The notes under the pieces were generated by a model, which was not told the origin of the DNA, did no database searches, and worked only from the letters and a program-made list of their open reading frames with translations. A stretch of 64,000 nt of DNA from Parasitella parasitica NRRL 2501. Its lineage: Eukaryota > Fungi > Mucoromycota. The position numbers were made by a program, and so were the translations under genes. The stretch lies in assembly GCA_025201805.1 (NCBI GenBank), contig MU619316.1:63011-127010 (forward strand), in the 5' to 3' direction. Below, piece by piece: positions 29,464 through 40,181 of the stretch (position 1 is its first letter; the number at the start of each line of letters is the position of its first letter).

Positions 29464-30633
29464 TTACTGATGAGCAGTCTGCTGTTGTTGCTGTTGATGC
29501 TGTATCGCTAGCACACGATCTCTCTCGGCTTGTCTCATCTTCATTAAGGTTATCGATTCATAATCATCATCTGAAATTTTCGATGACATAGAGCCCTGAT
29601 GGATGTAAGCTGCGTTAGTATGACCAGATCCACTTTATGGTTGTATCCACCGACTGTACCTTGAAATTTGAGGGTATATTGAACGTTTTGAAAAAAGACG
29701 AATGTGATCCAGTAGTAAATAATGGTCTATCAGTTGCCGCAGTTGATCTGTTGTTTGTACTAAATAAAGCAGTACGGGCCTCCTTCTTCAATTCCTCTAC
29801 TTTGGTCATCTTTTCGACAATTGAAGGTGGTTTTCCGGTTAACCAGCCAATACTTTCGAACTTTGATAGCGAAGGATGTGTCTCTTTTTTTGTCAGAATA
29901 TTATACTATCGAAAGAGCGAATTAGCATGAATCTTGGTCGATTTTGCTACTTTCCACTTACAGCATCCACTACAGATTTAAATAAGACTGATGCGCTACC
30001 TTTCTTTTTTCCTGATAATGCAAGTGAATCCACTTCTGCTATAGAGTTCAGCATATCCAATAGTTCTTGTTCTGAAAAATCGTATTTTTTACGCTTCCAT
30101 TTGATCTTTAGAGCGCCTAATTCTGTTTCTGCATGAAGTGCTGGCTCTTGCGATGGCGAATCCTCAGCAGGAGAAGCCCAATCTTCTTGTCTTCTCTTTG
30201 CTCCTTCTTCACGAAGCTTGGCAAGTTGAGCCTCATATTCAGCCTTGGCCTGATCTTGGTCTGTTTTTGCTCGTTTAGCCTCCTGCTCTCGTCTCTCCAA
30301 TTCGTCTTGTGCGTGTCTTCTTTTAGAGTCCATCTCCTGCTTCTTTTTCAGTCTTTCCTGACGAGTCCTATGTCTCTGGTCATATTCGCTTCTTTTCTTT
30401 GGGTCTAATAATAGATCTTGGGCTTGTGTCAAGGCATGAAAGAGGACGGCTACAGAAACATTGTGAGTAATTGCGTTTACTGTGTTTTACAGCACTGATG
30501 TACCTGCATCCGCATCAGGGTTCTTATCAGGATGGACTTTCAATGCTTTCCTGCGATAAGCATTCTTGATGTCTTTTGTTGAGGCAGTTATCTCTATGCC
30601 TAAAAGCTGGTAATAATCTGCTTCACTTTCCAT
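29464..30633 (-). CDS. CWC23: J-domain spliceosome factor Cwc23/Cwf23 (DNAJC17), DnaJ plus RRM-like
   Basis: DYYQLLG...[34 protein letters not shown]-terminal [15 protein letters not shown]. Confidence 0.88.
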
Positions 30634-32097
30634 GCTGTGTCAGATGCAAAAGGAAGAAGAAGAGGAAGCGAAATCTGGGTTTGGATTAAGCAAAGCATTA
30701 CGACGAGGGACGTCGAAACCTTTCTACTCAGGGACTGTCTTAAGTCAAAAATTTTTCTTGAAAGCTATAAAAAGGTGGCCTATTCCTGATGCGACTTCTC
30801 TCTTCTATCGCTCATTTTACAAAAAGGTTAGTACGCACGATAATTTTCAAATGCACAAACGTATGGTTGGTCGCGCAAAAGATGTCTTTAAGTCAAACAA
30901 ACTAGAGTTTCTGATCATTGATGTGAATCTTTTATTCCTGATGCTAACATCAACCGTACTGCTGACATTTGGAACATTTGAATTTTTACTTGTCAATACT
31001 GATTCAGTTTCTTAATTAGATGAATGTATACTTATATTTAATATAAACGAAAAATTTCTCGCGGTTAGCTGTGTATATAATAGTAAGTATTTTTTTTTCT
31101 GTCTTGCGAAGCAAAGGATTCAAATGATGATCGAACTTTTTTAAAAAGTTGGAATTACCGTCTGAACTACATGTAGATACAAATTGGCTGTTTTCCTGAT
31201 AATCCTTTTTGCTTCATTTCATAAAACTTTATAGTTTCATGTCACTAAATATTCTTTTGTTTAGATCTGGTCGAGCAACCAGGTTATTTATATCGCCAGG
31301 CCTTGTTGACTGTTGATGGTAAATACCGTTTCTTTCTCTTTTGGGGCTCTTTCTGTCTTATTTTTCATGGTTTAAATGATGATCCCATTTAGATGACGAG
31401 TCTGAAGAGTCATTCAATGTCGAAACAACTTTTTAATACCATTCATGCTTTTCTGAAACATGAAAATGAAAGACTGAAATCCTTTTTTTTTTTAATTTAT
31501 CGTGTTTATATCCAAAACTGATCAAATTTATATTCACTTAGCTCCAATTAATTTCGGTAAAGGTCATAATTTTATTCGGTAACTATTCTCAAAATTGAAT
31601 TGGCTGTTATGGTTGCTGGTCCAAGTGCAAGAAAATGATCTCATAATTGATGAACATCAAAAACAAAAGACAAGCATATGTCTGATTCTCATGACGAGTT
31701 TTTCCTAGTCTGATATTTTGAATCTTTTCCTGCCTCTTCTTCCAAATGTCATTAGCCTTAATGATGTGTATATTCGTCGGTATTAACATCTCATCCTCTT
31801 TCAAGGCTACCATTACTCTTGAATGAAAGACGAATTTGTTAAAGGTAATTATCTTCAAAATCAATCAATTATTATTATTTCAAGGATGATAAATATAATC
31901 ACGACGGTCTTCATAAAAACCTTGATGAAAATGGCTACTAGCTCCTACAATCTGAAAATATTAATAATTGATTAATTTTGTGCTCGTTTAATTAACACTG
32001 TTGTTAACTTTGTTTTGAATTTATATAGGTAATTGTAAATACACTCTAAGGTTGTTTTTTCTTTTTAAATAATAAAAATGTCTTTAAATTGTACTCT

Positions 32098-32098
<1 letters not shown>

Positions 32099-32147
<49 letters not shown>
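32099..32147. repeat. poly(T)49 homopolymer
   Basis: Direct count. Confidence 0.95.
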
Positions 32148-32150
<3 letters not shown>

Positions 32151-32487
32151 CTCATTTTTGACAAGCCACTTGTCAGTTAATTAAGAGACATAAATCCGTC
32201 ATTAGTCGTATTGAAAATAGACAGGCAAAACCCGCAATTGGCTTGATTATGCACCAAGGCACAAAGACACAAATGCATTGATTTCATACATTTTCTAAGA
32301 ATAAGCAATTTTATGTATATTTAAAAAAACAGAAAAAAAAAATAGCAGACTAAACAGTTATTATAACGAGAAATGTATGTGTATATTGTGCGTTGTGATG
32401 TCGTGAGGTTGAGTTGAATAAGTGGGTGATAAAAGAACAAGAAAAATAAAATAAAATAAAATAAAAAAATATAATATTAACAATGAT

Positions 32488-33338
32488 TTAAGAGTAAGTA
32501 TCAACCAAGGTATCTCTCAATTCGTTGACGATTGCAGTAGGTTGAGCATCCTGCAACTCGAAGATACTCTCCATTACACTCAGTTCTGTGGAGGTAGTAT
32601 CCAGACCAGCAAATGCACACCAATCATTGACAACGCAGCCAGCGCCAATAACGTCTGAACCACGGTTCACTGTACCAGCAACCAAAGGAATCTGCAAAAG
32701 TGAAGATAATTCATCTTGAGTTTGAACAGAGGTGCGAGGATGAACGAGACCACCCTGGTTACTCAAAGCGCAATAAGATCCAACAAGGACATTATCGGCA
32801 ATAGTTTGACGGAAAACTTCGACTTGGAGTGTATCAGCAATAATCTCTTCGGTTTCTCGGTCGATATCAGGGTGAACCAAAGCAACATAGTCATTACAGG
32901 CAATAACGTTACCCAAAGCAGACAAACGTTCTTCCACACGCTGGACGACAACATTTTCCGGGAGTGAATTGCGCAAATGTTGGAGTTCTTGATCAGTGGT
33001 GGTACTTGGAACAAGCAAACCGTTCTTGTTACCGGCAGTCAAACGACCGATAATACGAGTACCAGCAATAGAAGTGTGAACAACAGGGATAACATCACCT
33101 AACTCACCTTCAAAAACACTGCAAAACAGCCATTCATTACCCAATCTTCCTTCCATTTAGTGCCAAAATTGCTTACCTGTAAAAATTCTCGGAGCCACCC
33201 AAGGCTACTAAACAATAGCTGTTTGTTAAACGAGAGAAAACGCCAATCTCGTTACTATTCTCAAATTGCGCGCCTTCACGTCAAGATGTTATTGATGCTG
33301 AATAATTAATGTCATGGTTTCTACTTACGAACAGCCAT
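32488..33338 (-). CDS. TIF6: Translation initiation factor 6 (eIF6)
   Basis: [16 protein letters not shown]...[10 protein letters not shown]...[16 protein letters not shown]...GTVNRGS; 3 exons. Confidence 0.97.
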
Positions 33339-34187
33339 ATGATTTAACTTGTAGGAGTAAAGAAAAAGTGTGTTTAATAAAAATTTTTGCACTTTTATTC
33401 TGTTGAAGGCGCAGTAGTTCATTAGGTGACTATGTATTCTTACAGTGCACCATTAATAATGCGTTGCTAAACTGCTGCGGTTGCCACTTTGTATCCAATC
33501 AAGTACGCTAGCATGCAGGTCAAGAATCTGTCATCACATTCTGAATATGTTAAAATGAATGAGAATCAGTTTTAAAAGGGATTTGGGGATTTCCAAGGGG
33601 GTTAACAATAAAATCTATGCTTGTTGGGTACATATTTAAACCCAAATCTCTGTGTGTTTAGTTGACAATAAGGGTACATCGTCTTATCACATTATTTCAT
33701 ACAGAGATATTGTTCAATGCAAAATAATATGAAAGTCTTTTGAAAAGGGGCTGCTAATTTCTTTGGTATCAGAAGGTTAAATCATACGAGCATATTGCAA
33801 TTTCGTCTCAAAAATGATTCTGGATCAATCTACAGCGTGAGAAAGAACGCATCTTGAGAATATGAGCTTTTCAAATTTGAGAAATAATTCTTGGTTGCAA
33901 TTCTTCAAAGACTGAAAATCTTGAGCTTTTTATCTACAAAATGCATTGTCCATACATGATTTCTTATTTTCGGAAGCAAAAATAAAATAAAAACACAATG
34001 CAAGTCGAACTACCACTTCAAAAATTGTTTGATCGTCAGATCTATCCCCCAAATAGTCGATCCCTCGCAATATATTGCGAACTGTGATGCCAATGTATGA
34101 ATTTTCATGACTGTAATTGTTTATTTTAACATGGATCTATTTGAAAACAGTTGGAATTGCTTGATTTGACATTTAAAACTGATTAAA

Positions 34188-34802
34188 TTAAGCAATGAGC
34201 TCAACAACTATAAGAAAGTAATTAGATATTGGAACCTCCAATGCCAATTAAAAACTTACCACCGCCGGCTTCCTTGATCTTCTTCTCAGCAAGACGAGAG
34301 ACGAAACGTGTGCGGACAATGACAGGTTGGGAGATGGTACCCTTGGCCAAAACCTTACCATAACCCTATTCAAGTACAATGCATTAATACATCAAGATTA
34401 CCACTGGCTAGAGAGGGTTACTACCTTTTGGAGGGCATCAATAACGGGGACCTTCTCAGTATTCTTGTATTGCTCACGAACACCTTCACCAGCAAGAGTC
34501 CAGATCTTGTCAAGATTTACAATAGGACGCCAGTTGACATTGTTCTTCAAGTGGAAATGACGCATACCGACCTTACCAAAGTAACCAGGATGGTACTTAT
34601 CCATGTTAATACGGTGATGATGTTGACCACCTGCAAGACCACGACCACCAGGATGCTTTCTGTGCTTACCAACACGACCGTGACCAGCTGAGACGTGTCC
34701 ACGCTTCTTTCTGTTGTGATGCAATCTAGTAGGCTAATTGATACATCATTGTTAATTTCGGGTAAATGGATGGATGGGTGAGATGGTGTGGAGCTTTACC
34801 AT
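34188..34802 (-). CDS. RPL28: 60S ribosomal protein uL15 (L28/L27a)
   Basis: ATG-only first exon, then [41 protein letters not shown]...GYGKVLAKG...IKEAGGVVELIA. Confidence 0.97.
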
Positions 34803-35075
34803 GTTAAAAGATACGGCAGATCAAGTAATTTCGACGCTGGTCTGCGATTTGGATTACTTTTGTTGGATCTTCTGTTAAAGCTACTCCGGTCCGGATACTC
34901 TTTACATACCTTTAATGTTGCTTTTATTGGGATTGGGAGGAGGAAGATAATCCGCTGTGAGCCTTGAGAATTATTTTCCCTCTCTTAACTTAAAGGTAAA
35001 AAAAAAAAAAAGAAGAAAGCATATCAATCCATTGTATGAATCCATCCAATTAATCAATCCATCAAACTTTAGATA
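34803..35075. promoter_or_regulatory. Putative bidirectional promoter of RPL28/RPS16
   Basis: 273 bp between divergent ATGs; includes a probable RPS16 5'UTR intron (~34996-35072) and a TCCGG-T-CCGGA dyad near 34885. Confidence 0.6.
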
Positions 35076-35848
35076 ATGGAAGCTGTCCAAACTTTCGGTC
35101 GCAAGGTTCGTTTGACTTTAAACACGGAATTTTGAGTTGTGGAGAAACGATTGTCAATGGTGCCGGCAGTAGATGGAAGCTTTACAGACAACAGCGAAAT
35201 ATACGCATACAATTGAAAGACATAAAAAGAGACTCTCAGTTTATCAAGCATGGTTGCTAGGCTACCAAGTGCTGTTATGATTTTGACATTTCATACAATC
35301 TACATTAGGAATTAGTTGATGGACGTTTATTCGAGTATTCAGGTGTTTCCAGTAGCCATTGTTTTTAACTTTATCCATATGCACTATTGGATAGTCGTTT
35401 TGACCATAACTCAAATGTGTGCTGAATACCGTATATACTAACATTTTATCGATAGAAAACCGCAACTGCTGTCGCTCACTGTAAGCGTGGCCACGGTCTT
35501 ATCCGTATCAATGGTTCTCCCATTGAGCTTCTCGAACCCGAGATCTTGAAGTTCAAGGTCTATGAAGTTATCCTTCTTTTGGGCGAGGAACGTTTCGCCA
35601 ATACTGATATCAGAATCCGCGTCAACGGTGGTGGCCACACTTCTCAAGTTTATGCTATCCGTCAAGCTCTTGCCAAGGCCATTGTTGCTTTCTATCAAAA
35701 ATTTGTTGATGAGGCCGCCAAGAAGGAGATCAAGGAAATCCTTGTTCAATACGACCGTACTCTCCTTGTCGCTGATCCCCGTCGTTGTGAACCCAAGAAG
35801 TTCGGTGGTCCTGGTGCTCGCGCTCGCTTCCAAAAGTCTTACCGTTAA
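35076..35848 (+). CDS. RPS16: 40S ribosomal protein uS9 (S16)
   Basis: [10 protein letters not shown]|[10 protein letters not shown]...[13 protein letters not shown]...[18 protein letters not shown]; one 350-nt intron. Confidence 0.97.
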
Positions 35849-38192
35849 ATCGGTTATTTCTGTTGGCTGTTGTTGTATACAACAATATATTAACGTGCAC
35901 ATTTTAAAATAATATATTGATTTATCTTGTACATGAATATGATCCTGAAATTGGACGTGTCAATGTTAGAATACAATGAGAGAATAGAATCGTACATATA
36001 TGGAACGTAGAAAGATAGTTTCTTGTCACGTTGTCAGCGTAATTTTGTTAGTAGTTTGCACAAGTTGGTAGTGCGCTCATGTGGCACTTGGCATGGAGAG
36101 GAGCATGGTGTTGCAAGATCAGAACGAAGATGATTATATGCACATAATTCCGCAATTTAACAAAAAAAAAAACTAATCGTTGGGAATGTAGTTGTGCACT
36201 GTATCCATGTATTTGCCTATTGTCAACACTTGAAAGTATTCGTTAAAGTTACAAGGGCGCCGCTTGTCATTACATATCAGTAGCAGAAGTTGACTACAGA
36301 TAATTTTGCTTGAATGATTTTTCGCTCTACTATGCCATGAGTGATTTGATAACATTATTTTGACAAGGAAAAATTTCGATCTCGAGGATTTTGAATTTGG
36401 TAGCTCTTCAGAACCTGGTGGAATGGTTGGCTCTATGAAAACATTTCGTGTGATTATGAATCAATCAAGAAGGGCATAAAATCAGATTACCGAAGCTGTG
36501 AAAAAAGCAAGCTTACTAGCAATCGCCAAAAGGTGTATTCTATAGTGCTTTCGTGATAATTTTTTAAAAACACTAGTAATAAATGCTCAGTTTATATTTA
36601 ACAGGCTGTGAAAATATCTTCTTTGAGCAAATCATAAGAGCGATTTCCACATCCTCTTCCATTTAATAACAATTGGTCCTATTTCCTTAATTATCTACAT
36701 TGTAAATATGTAGCCCATCCCTCATTCGAAAAGTGTAGACAATTAAGAAGGCACTTATCAGCAGTATCTGGGAAGTTTCGCTCATTAAACAGGTGTGTTA
36801 ACCGGCCTTGCGGAGCCCTATCGAAAATTTCAAAATCCTAAAGTCCAATTTTCTTGAAATAAAGAGACTCGTAAAGATTTTAACATGTTCAAACACCAAG
36901 CTATCATACCTGGTATCTAATATTTTATATCATGCTTAGCGAACTTTACAAGATTCCGCTTTTTGTTTTCAAATATGTCTCAAAAAAATTAAAAAACTGT
37001 TTTTAAGGGATAAATGAAAAGACTGCAATCCAATCCAGTGAAATAAAGTAACCTGATGAAAGAGGGCACGTTATGCTAGCTTTAAAATTATATTTTGTGC
37101 ACTATGTTCCATCTTACTTTCTGTAACTGACTCGAGCACATATATAAAATGGCGCATGACATAGTAATTCTGGCCTTTATTATATCCATCAGATATAAGC
37201 TCTCCTTAATTTCTGCAATGATGTATCAATGTTTTCCTTTAAGGATTTCAATAATCACAGTTCTATAGAATTACCTACTCAACACATCTGTAATTTTAGG
37301 TCAAACCGCATTATGTTGGTAAGCTTACGGCAGCCATAATAATATAGAGACTTTGATTTCCAACAATGGAAGCCAAACACCCAAAGATCAAATCACTCGC
37401 ACCCTTTCCTCTAAAATACCAATGTTTGGTGCTTGATGGGATTCAAAAAGAGAGCTACATATAAAAACGGGGCTCATTTCCATATATACAACCAACAACT
37501 CCTTGACCAAATAAAATGAAAATCAAGACGGTTTTCATAGCTAAAAAAGTTGTCAAAATCACTGAATCCTTTTAATTTCGATCAAGAAAATAGTAGCGCA
37601 TTTAGGCGGGTCAGAGATGTGCTTGCTTGTCAATCAACATTGAGAGGAATCCCGCTTGCAGAATATTGTAACCAGACTGCATAAGAACAATTGAACAATG
37701 AAATGTTCGTAGGTTGATCAAATGCATGTAGCATGATTATCCATTCTCAGAGTTCGACTGCCGTATAATCTATACGTTTGTCGAAATGTTGTCATTTCTA
37801 TACAAACTAGACATTTTCTACTTGATTTTAAATATAGATTTCAAAGTATCAATAATGTGGTACCATTAAATGACAATAGTGTGAGTATAGAATAGAGAGC
37901 ACTTCCTACCGTGACACACAATATTGAGTGTAACATGATTGCATCAAACTCCCCTTCTCCTATCATACTCCATCTCACTACTGTGCACACCAGTCTCCCT
38001 TTCCCGAGATTTTTGTATGAATTTGTCTCCCTAGATAAACATATCAAAAACTAAACTAACACAATTATAAATGGAATAAAATTTTATTGTTGGTGAAATT
38101 AAGAATAATGATTTCTAGTATGTGGTAAAGATCGACTTTTACAATGGATTATTAGTTGAAAAAAAAAAAAAAGAGGGCGTGTTTACGTGCGC

Positions 38193-39037
38193 TTAAAGCA
38201 AAATAGCAATGGCACCGGCAGCAATGCCAGCAACGCCCATGACACCAGCCTTGATGCCTGAAGCAGCAGAAGCAGCAGAGGCAGCAGAGGCAGATGCAGA
38301 TGCAGAAGGCTTACCAGAAGCAGAAGCGGCAGATGAAGCAGCAGAAGCTACAGGAGCAGAGGATGAAGCAATAGTAGCGTTAGAGGTGCCAGGGGCAGCA
38401 CCAACGATGGTAAAGTAAGTAGAATAAGTAGTGGCACCATTGCTACCGGCAAAAGCGAGAACATCTATAATTTTGACATGTTTTGGTTAAAAAAAAAAAA
38501 AAAAAAAAATTTTACATGTTTTGGGTAAAAAAAAAAAAAAAAAAAAAAAAAACCATCTCGGCACATAATGAAGAGATAACTTACATGAAGGAGCGGTTTC
38601 GACATTGGCAGGGATATTCCATGAGTAGGAAGGAGGGTTAACAGGAATAGCAGCAGAGAGGATGTTGGGGATTGTGGTCTCCAAGTTGGCAGAGCCGCCC
38701 TTCATCAAAGCGATAGAGTTGATTGTAGTTGAAGGGTTGGTGCTGGCAGTGTCGATGGTCCTATGATTACAAAAATGATATGTTAAAAACAACAGTAGTG
38801 GGCTAAGGATTGCTTTGGCTTACCAAGTGATAGTGTAAGAGGTACCAGCGTTGACGACAGCCTATACAAGCACAATAAAATAATTAGGTTCCATGTCTGA
38901 AGGATAAGACGTATTTATGAAAAACTTACACCATAGCCAGGCAAATTAACAGCAACACCAGCATTGGGCACAGCAGCAGTTTGAGCGTAGACAGTGGATG
39001 CAACGGCAACGAAGATGGCAGCAATAGAAAACTTCAT
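38193..39037 (-). CDS. Secreted GPI-anchored Ser/Ala-rich cell-surface protein (Kre9/Knh1-like N-terminal Ig fold), 4 exons
   Basis: Signal peptide MKFSIAAIFVAVAS; GTSYTITW...IALMKG...YSWNIP...YSTYFTI; S/A stalk; hydrophobic C-terminal GPI signal. Confidence 0.85.
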
Positions 39038-39966
39038 TTTTAAAAAAAAAAAAACTCGACAAAGAAAAATGGAGAGGAAAGAAAGATACAGCTGCTGCAC
39101 TTCTTTGCTCGCTTTTATATACTGTACAAGGTGTATAAATCAAGAACCAGACATGTGTAACATCAACCGTGCACCACACACTCAAGCACACAGCTTTTTT
39201 CGAATATTTTTAGACATTATGCCAGAATATTATATATAACATCTGGCTCCTATTTAAAACCTATAAACCAATACTAATAATTGGTTCAGATCACCCTTTT
39301 CCTACCAAATGTCATGGTTACACTGCGGGATCCACGTGCTTTTCGCGATCATCTCCAAGGTCTCTTGTCAAAATGTAGAGACCATCCGCCATCAGTGCTA
39401 TTGCTAAAATTGTAGCTTCTGAAAATACTCATCGAGACACAAGCTATTGCGAGGAGCTTTTTTTATTATTATTATTGTTAGTACCCCTAGTATCACAATT
39501 GATTGGCTGTAACCTGCCAAATTCTTAATAAGTATACGAGTTGATTGGAATGTGCAGCTCTTTTTTAATGACCTATCTTTGTATATATGCTGAAGGTAAC
39601 GATATAGATGGATTAAATAAGTTTACTATATATAATATACTGTATAGCAAAAGTAGGCTATAAAAAATTGTATGTTTATACAGGAAATGAAGCGAAATAT
39701 TCATTCTGCCCTGATTAGAATAAATATATGCATAGCATGGCATTAATCAGTAACCTCATATAGAGAGGTTTTCCATTGACCTTTGTCGATATTAAACTGT
39801 AATGGCCCCTAGCATTTGCATATTAAAAAGGTTTTTGACGTTGGTACGGAACATTTATCATCATATTCTTCCATAAACATTTTTGACCCTCCTTTTCTCT
39901 TTCTCTCTCTCTCTCTCTTTTCCTCTCTCTGTTCTCTGTTTATCAATACATGAAATATTTACTGCA

Positions 39967-40103
39967 ATGACAGCAGGCAAACCAACGTAAGTTACAATAA
40001 TAAAACATTGGCAACTAGACACTCACATATAGACTGCATAGACATGAAAAAGAGCAAATAAATAAAAGTATATACCATCAAAAAAACCCTTGAAAAGCAA
40101 ATG

Positions 40104-40181
<78 letters not shown>

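Noticed and set aside
31020-32090. Short minus-strand ORF and possible TE relic
   Set aside because: No identifiable motif, TIR or TSD.
38209-38418. Plus-strand Ala/Glu-rich ORF
   Set aside because: Antisense shadow of the GPI protein's Ser/Ala stalk.
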